From assembly GCF_006345805.1 (NCBI RefSeq), contig NW_021824282.1:1-19167 (forward strand): a stretch of DNA of 19,167 nt. The letters are read 5' to 3'. The number at the start of each line of letters is the position of its first letter. Within the stretch, counting starts at the first letter, position 1. A model generated the notes under the pieces. It searched no databases. It had not been told where the DNA came from and saw only the letters and a program-made list of their open reading frames with translations. The DNA is from Octopus sinensis. Lineage: Eukaryota. The translations under genes were made by a program, and so were the position numbers. Shown one piece after another: positions 1 through 12,210 of this stretch.

Positions 1-220
1 GCTTACACTTTTCTTAGCTAAAAAATATTTTGTTAATACATGTGTGTGTTTGTTATGTTACATCAGAGTACATTTGCTAAATTAAGGAGAAATATTTAAA
101 TGTCTGATTTGAATGTTTTTTTAACCAGTTTAATATTGGGCTCTTTTTCTGCAAATTCGTCCAAACAGTGAAGAAATGTTTCTCAAAATATACATATGCA
201 CTAAGTGTATATCTATGTGT

Positions 221-232
221 AAGCTCGTCGTA

Positions 233-272
<40 letters not shown>

Positions 273-586
273 TATATATAATTATATATTTTATATAATA
301 TATATATATGTATATATATATGTATATATATATGTATATATGTATATATATGTATATATACATGTGTGTGTATATGTTTGTGTGTCTGTGTTTGTCCCCC
401 CAACATCGCTTGACAACCGATGGTGGTGTGTTTACGCCCCCGTAACTTAGCGGTTCGGCAAAAAGGAAGCGATAGAATAAGTACTAGGCTTCCAAAGAAT
501 AAGTCCTGGGATCGATTTGCTTGACTAAAGGCGGTGCTCCAGCATGGCCACAGTCAAATAACTGAAACAAGCAATAGAGTAAAAGA
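221..586 (+). mobile_element. SINE family 1, 5'-truncated copy (internal TA/TG microsatellite plus 3' half)
   Basis: aagctcgtcgtata at 221 matches the aagcccgtcgtata junction of the full copy near 18174. After the microsatellite, tttgtccccccaacatcgcttgacaaccga...cagcatggccacagtcaaataactgaaacaag aligns with the copies at 10255-10673 and 18027-18491. The tRNA head is missing. Confidence 0.9.
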
Positions 587-1067
587 TTATATGCATATGT
601 GGATGCATCGGAAATTTCTCCTCTCAGAGTTTTAATTCACAGAAAGTTAGATTCAACACTTTATGCTGCCACATCCTGCACCTCCTCCATCGACTCCACA
701 TCCTGATGAGTCGACCAATCATAGCTCATCCTCTGATCACTGTGTCATTTGGTCATTTTAAAACTTTTGTTATTAATAGAGAATGCCAACTGTCTGCAGC
801 TTATGTTACTAGATAATGCAGGATTATCTGAAGATAATAATTAATAAAGGGCACTTTTAAGTCTGCGTAGCAACTCTGTTGTAATTTGCTTTTATATTGT
901 GTATTCAGGTGAAACCTTTCGTAACGTGGAGTAATTGCTTAGATTAACCAAATAATATTGGCTAAAGGCAGGCATTTAGTACATTACGAGGCATGGATAG
1001 ATAATGAGAATAGTGTCTATACCACTCTATTCCCTTCTTCCCCCCTCTCTCTCACTCACTCCCTCTC

Positions 1068-1102
<35 letters not shown>

Positions 1103-1241
1103 ATTTATCTATTTCTGTATTTCTATCTTCGGTTAACATGCATGATTGTAAGAGCGATTGTGTAGGACTCAAGATTCCCACAATATATCGTATGACGTTT
1201 GTAAGATGGAAGTAATTATCATCTATCATATTACTTGACAG

Positions 1242-1317
1242 TGCAGACCCGTACAGATGCAGACACAACCACTCCAATAAATGCATACATACAATTCTAT
1301 AGACCAGAACGAAAGAG
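1242..1317 (+). CDS. Candidate internal coding exon (76 nt, phase 1 to 2), product unknown
   Basis: Acceptor ttacttgacag, donor AG|gtgata, open frame (x)QTRTDADTTTPINAYIQFYRPERK(R). It is phase-compatible with 6563-6605. No homology recognised. Confidence 0.3.
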
Positions 1318-1347
1318 GTGATACAATTACAGAAACACTTGTTAATT

Positions 1348-1801
1348 CATACATACATACATACATACATACATACATACATACATACATACATACATAC
1401 ATACATACATACGTACGTACATACATACATACATACATACATACATACATACATACATACATACATACGTACATACATACATACGTACATACATACATAC
1501 ATACATACATACATACATACATACATACATACGTACATACATACATACGTACATACATACATACATACATACATACATACGTACATACATACATACATAC
1601 ATACGTACGTACGTACATACATACCTACATACATACATACATACATACATACATACATACATACATACATACATACATACATACATACGCACATACATAC
1701 ATACATGCATACATACATACATACATACATACATGCATACATGCATACATACATACATACATACATACATACATACATACATACATACATACATACATAC
1801 G

Positions 1802-1833
<32 letters not shown>

Positions 1834-2236
1834 CACATACATACATACATACATACATACATACATACATACGTACGTACATACATGCATACATACATAC
1901 ACACATACATACATACATACATGCATACATACGTACATACATACATACATACATACATACATACATACATACGTACATACACACATACCTATATGCATAC
2001 ATACATACATACATACGTACATACATACATACATACATACATACGTACATACATACATACATACATACATACATACATACGTACATACATACATACATAC
2101 ATACATACATACATACATACATACATACATACATACGTACGTACGTACATACATACATACATACATACATACATACATACATACATACATACATACGTAC
2201 ATACGTACATCATACATACATACATACATACATACA
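1348..2236. repeat. ~890-bp (ACAT)n tetranucleotide array with ACGT/ATGC/ACAC variant units
   Basis: Directly visible. It explains all HTYI/MYVC ORFs between 1226 and 2314. Confidence 0.99.
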
Positions 2237-2384
2237 GGGGACTATAAGATCTTAAGGTTTAAAGGATGGGGGTTAAAACAAGATGCTTTCCATCACAACC
2301 TTGCTACTAAGTAGGTGACCGGTCAAAATTTGTTCTGAATTAAAAAATAAAAGAGAACATACATACATAGTTTCAATTCTCTAT

Positions 2385-2465
2385 GCTAAGAATTTAAGTC
2401 CCGCCGATATCAAATTTTACCTTACATTCTGTTAAGGTCGACAAATAAAGTTCTGGGATAGACTT
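2385..2465 (+). mobile_element. Degenerate SINE family 2 fragment
   Basis: aagtcccgccgatatcaaattttaccttacattctgttaaggtcgacaaataaag aligns loosely with aaattccgccgaggtcgactttgcctttcatcctttcggggtcgataaattaag of the intact copies. Confidence 0.6.
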
Positions 2466-2719
2466 TCTCCTTCTCCACGTGTTTCTTTCTATCTGTCTGA
2501 CTATCTGTATTCTGGAAGAACTAGCAGTGGTCAATCTTGTCGAGGGTTAAGCTTCGCCACTTTACAATTACCCAAGATGCACCGTATGTCTCGTCGGTGT
2601 CCCTAGAACATCATCAAGGTTTTGAGTCCTACGTCCAAAGCAATACATATATATATATATGCGTGTGTGTGTGTGTGTCTCTGTGTGTTTATCCCACCCC
2701 AATAGTCCTACTAGTTATA

Positions 2720-2907
2720 ACAATTTTTTCCAACCTTGACACAATGACAGAAATTTAGAATGTGAGGACCCTGATTATTCATTGATACACTTTTTTATTG
2801 ATCCCAGAAAGGTGAAATTCAAAGTTGAAACTGGCGGAATTTGAACTCAGAATATGAAGTGAGTTAACTAAATACAATATGTGTCTACCCCTCTACCGAT
2901 TCACCCA
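2720..2907 (-). mobile_element. Degenerate SINE family 2 copy
   Basis: ggcggaatttgaactcagaa (B-box region, minus strand) and gatcccagaaaggtgaaattcaaagttgaa match the minus-strand copy at 16883-17115. Confidence 0.7.
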
Positions 2908-3623
2908 TGATAATAATGATGAAGCATCTAAAAAAAAAAAAAAAAAAAAAAAACAGTGGCAAAAGAAATTATAACAAAAAAATTAAAACATTTAAAGACT
3001 CACAATAAATTCAATTAGAAATATAGGAAAATAAAATGCATTTAAAATTAAAAACGACTCCCCTCTCTTTACTATATGTCTATTTATCTGGTCAAAACAA
3101 CTATATTTTATAAGCTAAATCTGTAAAAATGCTAAGTAAATTACGAGACTAATCTAAAACTAATATGCAATTACTGCAACCTAAACATACCAATACGACT
3201 ATTATAATTCTTCTGTGTGTTTACATAACAGCAATGTATGCATGCATCGTTTCATGGCACATGTGAACGAGCATTTTATAAAGGTTAAATGGCGTAGCTA
3301 GTCTACTTCAGCATTGCGTTGCAGACACAGGCACACATATGTTCTCACATGCACATGATCAATACAGACTATGGAGGAGTGGTGTAATTTGCAGCTAATA
3401 AATAGTGAAGCAACAAGTAACTGTTTCGAGCCCTGTCTGGGGATACTCTTTGTCCATTAATTAATTTCTTTCTTTATATGATAATATTTATTCTAAATGA
3501 AATGAGTCAAAAGAAAAAATATGTTGGCTTAGTATTATTTACATTATCTTATTCACAAACATATATAAAAAGCGCACAAATACACAGGCTCACTCTTACT
3601 TACACAAAAATATATGCATACAC

Positions 3624-3626
<3 letters not shown>

Positions 3627-3666
<40 letters not shown>

Positions 3667-3733
3667 GTATATATTGATAAAAACGGTAAGACAACATCAT
3701 GACTACCGAATAATTGTCACATTTTACATTTAC

Positions 3734-3789
<56 letters not shown>
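3627..3789. repeat. Two (TA)n microsatellites (~3627-3675 and ~3737-3789)
   Basis: Directly visible. Confidence 0.95.
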
Positions 3790-3792
<3 letters not shown>

Positions 3793-4398
3793 AGTTTAAA
3801 AGTGGAGAAAATAATTCATATACGTCTCAGCGTGTGTGCTAAACCATTTTTTATATTTTTCAAGGTTTTTTTTTAATTCTCTGTACATTTAACAGCCATA
3901 GCACTTACTCCCAACTCGAACATACATTGAGAATTAATTGACAATAGTATAAAAAATTGAATTTGTTTTGTCATAAAGAGTCATGGGATACGAGTTCGAC
4001 TCTGCCATAGATCATTTAGTAAATTTTTTTACTATTTCTGTTAATTTTTTTCTCTGTTGACAGTCATTGTGTTTAATCTTTCTATATTTCTACACACTCA
4101 CACGCGTATATAAATGTGTGTGTGCGTGCATGTCTGTGTATGTGTGTGTGTGTATGTTTGTGCACATAAACATTCATAAACCTTAAATATACTCTCACTC
4201 TTGCATTGTCGCCCCTCTGTTTCATCTATTAGTTAGAAATAAAAAGAGCAGCACTAACCCTATCTAAGATTAATTAAAATCTCATTAAGCATTTCTCCGT
4301 CAAACACAGTTTAATTACCTTCAAATGTGTGACATATATTTTCATTTTCAATTCATAAACACACTAACAATTAGTGTTCGATATGCTCCTCATAATAT

Positions 4399-4609
4399 TG
4401 GCAGAAACGTTAGCACGCCGGGCGAAATGCGTAGCCGTATTCCGTCTGCCGTTACGTTCTGAGTTCAAATTCCGCCGAGGTCGAATTTGCCTTTGATCCT
4501 TTCGGGGTCGATAAATAAAGTACCAGTTACGCACTGGGGTCGATATAATCGACTTAATCCCTTTGCTTGTCCCCTCTATGTTTAGCCCCTTGTGGGCAAT
4601 AAAGAAATA
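4399..4609 (+). mobile_element. SINE family 2, near full length (tail type a)
   Basis: tggcagaaacgttagcacgccgggcgaaatgcgtagccgtat...gagttcaaattccgccgaggtcg...gggtcgatataatcgactt...ccccttgtgggcaataaagaaata is highly similar to 11986-12213 and 16883-17115. Confidence 0.95.
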
Positions 4610-4971
4610 TATATTATTTTAAACAAAGATTATATTAAATATATAATTATATTTACATGGTTGGGTGCCTAAGTCACGGGCTATATGTATATATTTATGC
4701 AGTTATTTCTATATATATATATATAAATAACAGACAGGATCGATTATTTAATAGTTTTGATGACTGACAATGAGGTTTAGAAGTATAGGAAGGCATAGTT
4801 TATTTATATGGGTATTGCATATTACTTGACTTTATAAAAAGTTCGAAGAATGCACAATGTCTCTGCTATTCTATATTACTCGAGAAAGAAAAGAAATATA
4901 TGTCTGTATACACATGGATACAGACACACATGAATACACACACACATACACACATACACTCACACACACAC

Positions 4972-5168
4972 ACGAGGTTTTAGGGGTATCGGAAAGGTAT
5001 AGTTGGGGGCCCAACCTTCCGAGTTCTTCTACAGATCTTAGAAAATCTGACGGACCGCTGTCATAAGTGCGTGAATCTGAGAGGAGAATATGCTAAATAA
5101 AATCATAATTAACTGATCCTCCTGTTTTACTTTTTACTGAAAGAAAGGAATATTTCAGCAACCCCTTG

Positions 5169-5170
<2 letters not shown>
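4972..5170 (+). mobile_element. Mariner (Tc1/mariner) transposon 3' remnant: transposase C-terminus, right TIR and TA
   Basis: 5038-5100 encodes LENLTDRCHKCVNLRGEYAK*, preceded by frameshifted QPSEFFYR. This resembles the mariner C-terminal L..RW.KC...GeY motif. The end reads TA-CAAGGGGTTGCTGAAATATTCC on the reverse strand, a mariner-type terminus with TA at 5169-5170. The left boundary is uncertain. Confidence 0.75.
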
Positions 5171-5202
<32 letters not shown>

Positions 5203-5230
5203 TATATATATATATATACATACATATAAT

Positions 5231-5286
<56 letters not shown>
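5169..5286. repeat. Compound (TATG)n/(TA)n/(TG)n microsatellite
   Basis: Directly visible, immediately after the mariner TA. Confidence 0.95.
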
Positions 5287-5288
<2 letters not shown>

Positions 5289-5534
5289 CCATCGGGATAT
5301 CTTTGATCATATTAAGAAAAAACAAATTCAAGTAATCGATATCGAGGAATGAAGGGTACCTGAAATTGGGTATTTGTAAAGATATATATACATTAACAAA
5401 GGCACATCGACACGCACACACATACTGACGAATATATTTTGTGTGTATGTATGCATATATATATGTATATGCACCAACAAACACTCTTTAATTTCTCTCT
5501 ATCCCTATTTTCTCGTCGCTCTTTATACATACAT

Positions 5535-5563
5535 ATATAATTTAAATATACATATATATATAT

Positions 5564-5614
<51 letters not shown>

Positions 5615-5767
5615 AATATATATATATATATATATATACAATATATATATATATATATATATATAATATGATATATTATATATATATCTATATATATATA
5701 TATATCATTATATATATATAAACTATTATATATATAATATATATATATAATATATATATATATAGAT

Positions 5768-5805
<38 letters not shown>

Positions 5806-5855
5806 CGTACACATATGTGTGCATGCATATTATATATATATATATATATATATAA
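5535..5855. repeat. Long imperfect (TA)n tract
   Basis: Directly visible. Confidence 0.97.
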
Positions 5856-6562
5856 TCATTTGCACCTAGATATAATTATACATGCACACATATAATATAT
5901 TATGTATATTATATTTCCACTTAGTAGGAACCATAACTAGTTGTTATAAGTAAATGAAGTATAGCGGAATATATTCAAATATACTTACAGATATACATAT
6001 AATGAAGTATCGGAAAATTAGATTCAAGAAGTGATCGATTTCCAGGAATGAAGGGCGCCTGAAATTAGTTATTTCTAAATGAATATACACTTCTAATGAA
6101 GTATGTTTGTAAGCTCAAACGGTCTGTATCTCGAATTCACTGGCACACTTACTTTTGAACTTGTATATAAACAAGAAAATAATTGCAGGTTATAACATTA
6201 ATTGATAAATAAACTGTAAAAGAGTTTTTTGTGAGTGCATTCATTGTTTTACAGTTGTTATTGCTATGGTAAACTGTGCGCACATAAGTAAGTAACAGTG
6301 TGTCATTTTATATACCTTCATCGGAGTCGTAATATTAAGGGCAGTCAAGAAGTTATAAGTCGTCACAATATCTCTTAATACTGAGTGCAAAGTTTCTTAT
6401 AGCGAAACTAAGTATTATTACGTAACTTCTGTTTTTTTTATTAATATATGTATGTAAAGGCATTCAAATATTGATCAAAGTAATTAATGTAGGATCTAGG
6501 GAGAGGTGATATCAAGTTGGGATGCTGAAAATATAGAGACAGCCTTTGCTTTCTTTGGGTAG

Positions 6563-6605
6563 ATATGGTTTGGAGGTCGATAGTACAAATGATAATGTAT
6601 CAACG
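6563..6605 (+). CDS. Candidate internal coding exon (43 nt, phase 2 to 0), product unknown
   Basis: Acceptor cctttgctttctttgggtag, donor ACG|gtaaaa, frame YGLEVDSTNDNVST. It is phase-compatible with both 1242-1317 and 9900. Confidence 0.3.
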
Positions 6606-7053
6606 GTAAAAAAAAATACATAGGGGGTTGCATGATGGTGAGTGACTTGTTTCAACTGCAGTTTCGGCTCTTTAGGTATCATCTATAATGTTTGTAGAAG
6701 GTGAATCTTTCCAGATATGTTGTCACTTATGTAATGGGATGACTACTTTGTGTGTGTGTGTGTGCATTTACGATTTGTATGTGTACGGTGTGTGTGTTAT
6801 CTAGCATAAAGACTTTCTTCATACAGACAGGCTGATGTGCAGTGTTTTTGTACGGGTTAAGTGTGGTCTCTCCTGAGCGACAGTCAATGCTCAAAGCTAC
6901 AGGGTCGATTTATTCGTAAAAAGGAAATTTTGATATTGCGATTCGGCTGGTTCAGTGTTGTATGTGGTAGGACGCCTTAGAGATATACATAAATACACAC
7001 ACGTTCAACACACAGACACACAGACACACACACGCGCGCACAGATATATATAT

Positions 7054-7086
<33 letters not shown>

Positions 7087-7277
7087 GCGAGTCTAAGTGT
7101 GTGTGTGTGTTTATGTGTGTGTGTGTTCACATATCCAGATATGCCTATGTATATGATATATATACACAGATATAGACACAGTGTATATGTGAAGACACAC
7201 GCACACACAAACATACACACACACACACGCACACACTTATATATATACATATAATTTACAATCGTGTATTTATAGAG

Positions 7278-7305
7278 GCAGACAGACAGACAGATAAATA
7301 TATAT

Positions 7306-7384
<79 letters not shown>
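7278..7384. repeat. (GACA)n/(GATA)n microsatellite
   Basis: Directly visible. Confidence 0.97.
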
Positions 7385-7759
7385 CTAGCTCAATTGTTTT
7401 TCCAATAACATAATAACTTATCGATAGTATTCTACTATAAACTCATGATGTTCTCTTCCTTTCTTTTTTTCTTTTTGTTATTGTTGTCATGGTCACCGTC
7501 AACATATTTTTGTTTTTCTATATAACCATATAAGTACTTTCCCAACCAATTTGATAACATCCTGTGGTTTATTATTGAAATTGTTTTACATTTGTTTTAT
7601 TTCGTTCTTAAAATTTGTTGTTATTGTACTTTTATCTCTGCTAGACAAAATATCACCCAGGAGGTTAATACAAGCTGGATATACCATACTTATAACAATA
7701 CGTTTCTTTTGCAATGTATAATTATTATGTAATTCAATTGTATTAACTATACATGTATA

Positions 7760-7777
7760 TGCATATATATATAATGT

Positions 7778-7814
<37 letters not shown>

Positions 7815-7885
7815 ATATATATATATACATATTATATATACCACACATATATATATAATATATATATATATACATACACACACAT

Positions 7886-7921
<36 letters not shown>

Positions 7922-8016
7922 GTAGTATAATATATATATATATATCTATATATGATATATATAATGCATGTATGTATGTATATATATATATGTTATATAT
8001 ATATATATATATATGT
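7760..8016. repeat. Compound (TA)n/(CA)n microsatellite
   Basis: Directly visible. Confidence 0.95.
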
Positions 8017-8121
8017 ATAAGTAGCTTCTTCGCTTTTTGTCATGTTATATTCAGTTTGTATTGTAACAGTTTCTTTCTTCAGAATACATTTGCCTTTCAT
8101 CGCTTCACTATTCAGTAACAT

Positions 8122-8202
8122 TTGAGTACTAGGGTCGATGTAATCGACCTACCCTCTCCTCAGAAGTTACTGGCCTTGTGCCAAAATTTGAAATCAATAT
8201 TA
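8122..8202 (+). mobile_element. SINE family 2 3' fragment (tail type b)
   Basis: gagtactagggtcgatgtaatcgacc...ggccttgtgccaaaatttgaaatcaatatt shares the gggtcgat..atcgac hairpin, and its tail resembles those at 11171-11325 and 14800-14950. Confidence 0.75.
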
Positions 8203-8554
8203 ATATGAATTGTTGAGATGGACTTAGGTTTCATTCACATAATTTTAAATAGTGTATGTTCAAGTCATATTCTGTTTAAAATTTGCCTGTGTATGGAACC
8301 GACCCACTTTATTTCTCTTTATCTCTTCCCTCTCTCTTTCTTTCTCTCTCTCTTCCTTTCTCTGTCTGTGTCTCTATCTCCATATGTATACATACATACA
8401 TATATATATATAATATATATATGGAGATAGATATAAAATAGACAATCTACATACATGAAGGTATGTGGGGTAGGTATAGGCTGGTGCTTTAGTTTTCATC
8501 TCTACCCACCTATCGATTTATATGTAACTATATATATATATATGTATATATATT

Positions 8555-8585
<31 letters not shown>

Positions 8586-8692
8586 ATGTATAAATCCATA
8601 TACACACACACAGTCTGCTCAAGATCTTCGTTCCGAAGTGGAATATACTTTCACGCATATATCAACACATACATATATATGTGTATGATACT

Positions 8693-8787
8693 GGTAGAAT
8701 AAGTACTTGGGCCGATTCGTTCGGCTAAACTTCATCAAGACGTTACCACAGCATGGCCGCAGCATAATGAGTGAAACCAGTAAATAA
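8693..8787 (+). mobile_element. Degenerate SINE family 1 3' fragment
   Basis: gtagaataagtac...gattcgttcggctaaa...cagcatggccgcag...gagtgaaaccagtaaa matches the family 1 3' end. Confidence 0.7.
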
Positions 8788-9442
8788 TATATGCATATAT
8801 TTCATATAATATACACGCGCACATAGAATACAAACACATGCACATTCGCACATTACATTTTCCCTCCCATAACTTAGTGGGATAGTTCTGGTTCTGTCCC
8901 GCATTTCTCTCTCTTTTTCTCCCTCTCACTTACCTCCCCTCACACACAACACACACACTCACCTCTCCTCTCCTCTCTCTCTCTCTCTCTCTCTTTGCTT
9001 TTTTTTTTTTTTTTTGAGGCGTGGCTAGACATAATAAATTTATGGTTCAACATTGAATTGGAATCCAATTAAAATATATTTCTGTGTTGTATTTATGAAA
9101 AGGACTTTTTTTTTTCTCCTTGTTTCCTATTATTTGTTTCCTATTATTTGTATTGATATAACAGTTTGAATGCCGTTTCAAATCTAGTCAACGTTGAATA
9201 CTCAATACCTTTTTTTTTTTTTTTTTTGTTATTTACTTACATTTATTTGTTTGTTTTTTTTTTTCAAATATCTATTCCCTATTATATCGGTTCAGCTCTT
9301 GGAAATAATTTATATATACCCCAAGCAGATTCGATCACTCGCTGCAGGATTAATATCGAAGAACAAATAATTTCTTCTATCCACCTTTAGAAATAGAAAA
9401 TATTAATTAGGCGCCGTTCCTGTGTGTGTGTGTATATATATA

Positions 9443-9477
<35 letters not shown>

Positions 9478-9678
9478 AATTGGATGTATGTGCGTACACC
9501 CGAACGAGAGCGTGCTGAAAATACAGAGGGATTCTTACACTTACTGCAGCGGCCCTTTAGTTTACTTAGCCCTATTAAAGAACTTGGAATGTTGGGCCTC
9601 TAGCTAGACCTTTCGAGTTACCCTTAAAACCAGAAACGTGTCAGCACTCTCTCGCGTGTGCATGTGTGCGTGTGTATG

Positions 9679-9720
<42 letters not shown>

Positions 9721-9899
9721 CCCCGTGTGTGTGTATGTATGCTTGTATGTATGTATAACCGAACGTATGTATATACACACAGGTACCCATTTTTTTTCCT
9801 TACTCTCATCCTTTGGCGCTGGTCATGCTGGGATGTGTGTGTGAGTGTGCGCGCGCGCCCGAACTATACCCTGTATTGCGTATGAATTAAACATTTCAG

Positions 9900-10025
9900 A
9901 GAAAGCTGGCTGGGGCACCAAATGCTCTTTGGGTTGATTTTGAATCGTTCCATAACGATTATTTTACGTTTCAGCATCCAGGGCCCAAAATACAGTATGC
10001 ACCAAACCGGTGGTGTCACATTTAA
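9900..10025 (+). CDS. Candidate coding exon (phase 0 start; terminal if read to TAA 10023-10025), product unknown
   Basis: Acceptor aaacatttcag with an in-frame TAA just upstream. Frame RKLAGAPNALWVDFESFHNDYFTFQHPGPKIQYAPNRWCHI* has coding-like, T-ending codon usage inside a unique island of higher GC. Confidence 0.45.
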   Translation, partial: RKLAGAPNALWVDFESFHNDYFTFQHPGPKIQYAPNRWCHI

Positions 10026-10131
10026 ACCAGAACAACCATTTTCTACCCGACATTGCCGAACGCGTTTAACCGCCAGCATCTCCTATTTTGTTACTGCAAA
10101 TTATATTTATTTTGTTTTTACAAACTTGTAG

Positions 10132-10207
10132 TTGAATTTGTAAGTGGTTACCAGCATGCAACAGGTGGTCTTAGTTCCGTTAGCCAACTTAGAACTACTA
10201 TGCGTTG
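10132..10207 (+). CDS. Candidate internal coding exon (76 nt, phase 1 to 2)
   Basis: Acceptor ttttgtttttacaaacttgtag, donor TG|gtaaaa, single open frame (x)EFVSGYQHATGGLSSVSQLRTTMR(W). No good phase-1 donor links it to the 9900 exon, so it may instead be 3' UTR. Confidence 0.3.
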
Positions 10208-10254
10208 GTAAAAATAATTGTTTATGATATTCCTGGTGTTGTTAGCACTAAATA

Positions 10255-10673
10255 CTATTTACTATTTTTACTATTTTACTTTTTTCAGTCATTTGACTGC
10301 GGCCATGCTGGAGCACCGTCTTTAGTCGAGCAAATCGACCCCGGGACTTATTCTTTGTAAGCTCAGTACTTATTCTATCGGTCTCTTTTGCCGAACCGCT
10401 AAGTGACGGGGACGTAAACACACCAGCATCGTTTGTCAAGCAATGCTAGGTGGACAAACACAGACACACGAACACATACACACGCATATATTTATATATA
10501 TACATATATACGACAGGCTTCTTTCAGTTTCCGTCTACCAAATCCACTCACAAGGCATTGGTCGGCCCGGGGCTATAGCAGGAGACACTTGCCCAAGATG
10601 CCACGCAGTGGGACTGAACCCGGAACCGTGTGGTTGGTTAGCAAGCTACTTACCACACAGCCACTCCTGCGCC
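10255..10673 (-). mobile_element. SINE family 1, full length
   Basis: The minus strand starts GGCGCAGGAGTGGCTGTGTGGTAAG, with A-box TGGCTGTGTGG and B-box GGTTCAGTCCC at 10620-10610. Then come a CORE-like CTTGGGCAAGTGTC, the internal microsatellite, the 3' body and an (A)nGT-type tail. Confidence 0.95.
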
Positions 10674-11025
10674 TAGCTAAATAGCTAAATAGCTATAATC
10701 TCCTTGTTTTTATACTATTTTATTTTGGTGGGTGGAGGTAATTCATCGAAACATATTGGAAACACATTTTGAAACACACATCATCCTTACGCTCATCTCG
10801 CATCACCTTTTCTCTGAGACCTTTTACACATATACACACAGTAACACACTTGAATATAATTACATATGTATATGGTCATCCTTGCAAAAATAAATGTGAT
10901 TCACTATTTAAACATATTTCGTGATTATTCAGTTCATGTTTGACCTGGTTTTGTTTGAAACTGCACATAAAATTTAACCGGTAAATGACTTAAATAAAAT
11001 CATGGATGTCAAAAAGCTCCGTTCT

Positions 11026-11047
11026 CCTTGTCATTATTAATACTATA

Positions 11048-11085
<38 letters not shown>

Positions 11086-11170
11086 ATATATATATATATA
11101 GATATATATTAATATATATATAGATAGATAGATATTTATATATATATATATATATATATACATATATATT
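11026..11170. repeat. (TA)n/(GATA)n tract
   Basis: Directly visible; boundaries approximate. Confidence 0.9.
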
Positions 11171-11325
11171 GATTTCAAATTCCACCTAGGTCGACTTTGC
11201 CTTTCATTCTTTCGGGGGTCGATAAATTAAGTACCAGTTACGCACTGGAGTCGATCTAATCGACTGCCCCCCTCACTCTCCCAAAAGAATTTCGAGCCAC
11301 GTGCCTAGAGTAGAAAAGAATACTA
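11171..11325 (+). mobile_element. SINE family 2, 5'-truncated, tail type b
   Basis: ttcaaattccacctaggtcgactttgcctttcattctttcgggggtcgataaattaagtaccagttacgcactgg is near-identical to the family 2 body. It is followed by gtgcctagagtagaaaagaata instead of tail a. Confidence 0.9.
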
Positions 11326-11985
11326 TATGTGTGTGTGTGTGTGTGTACATACATGAACATGCGCAAATGCTGCTTATATGGTGGCGTTGGCGAAAGCACT
11401 ATAATTTTAAAGTGTATTATAATAATGTAGCAGTCAAGTATTCAAGTCTATATAAATGGTGGTACATTCTCTTAAATATGTGGCTTTTGATTTATAAATT
11501 TCCTAGATTTTTTTAAAGATGTAATATTTATTCCTTTTGTTCTATGATGAATGTTATCTAAAACCTAGCTCCCAAACTTGTTTCATTGTATTGAAAATTT
11601 AAATTGTTTTCAGTTTTGTCCCATAGCTAAATTAAAAGTCGAATACTTGTATGAAGTTAAATAGGGACCTGTAAAATAGTATTAAATGCTAACTGAACCC
11701 TAAGAAGTTCCTTACTTTATAAAGGCTCTTATTTCTATTTCGTTGCATGAGTTCATTATTCATAATATTTTACTCGTGATGTTCCATAGTTAAGGTTGCT
11801 TAAAGTAGAATACTCAAACTTGATTTCTAAACGCTTCAAATTTCTTCCATGCCCTTCTTTCCATATTTCGGTGCGTAATATTTCTTTTTGTTTCATTATT
11901 AATCAATTATATCAGATTTCTTTAAATAAATAAGTTTGTTTAAAGTGTAACATTAGGCAATCGGGATTGTATCGCAAATAATTAC

Positions 11986-12210
11986 GGCGAGCTGGCAGAA
12001 ACGTTAGCACGCCGGGCGAAATGCGTAGCCGTATTTCGTCTGCCGTTACGTTCTGGGTTCAAATTCCGCCGAGGTCGACTTTGCCTTTCATCCTTTCGGG
12101 GTCGATAAATTAAGTACCAGTTACGCACTGGGGTCGATGTAATCGACTTAATCCGTTTGTCTGTCCTTGTTTATCCCCTCTGTGTTTATCCCCTTGTGGG
12201 TAGTAAAGAA

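Noticed and set aside
700-740. CTGATGAG as a possible hammerhead core
   Set aside because: There is no GAAA with a closing stem II downstream, and no compatible permuted arrangement upstream.
643-760. Possible exon after the acceptor ttttaattcacag (KLDSTLYAATSCTSSIDSTS* or a Pro-rich frame)
   Set aside because: The frame is ambiguous, there is no good donor and no recognisable homology.
77-2314. Long ORFs of 100-324 aa (HTYI, MYVC and YI repeats)
   Set aside because: They are translations of (ACAT)n and (TA)n microsatellites, which lack stops in several frames. The same applies to most other ORFs in the track.
3411-3465. Minus-strand GAG...CUC-GAAAC-A-GUU resembling half a hammerhead
   Set aside because: The CUGANGA core is not recognisable and stem I cannot form. 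At best it is a heavily decayed relic.
6640-6695. Minus-strand UAGAUGA...CGAAAC-UGCA-GUU with palindromic stem III
   Set aside because: Stems I and II do not pair and the core has two mismatches.
10433-10684. ORFs at 10433-10684 and 18013-18348 that resemble each other
   Set aside because: Both are antisense translations of SINE family 1 copies, not paralogous genes.
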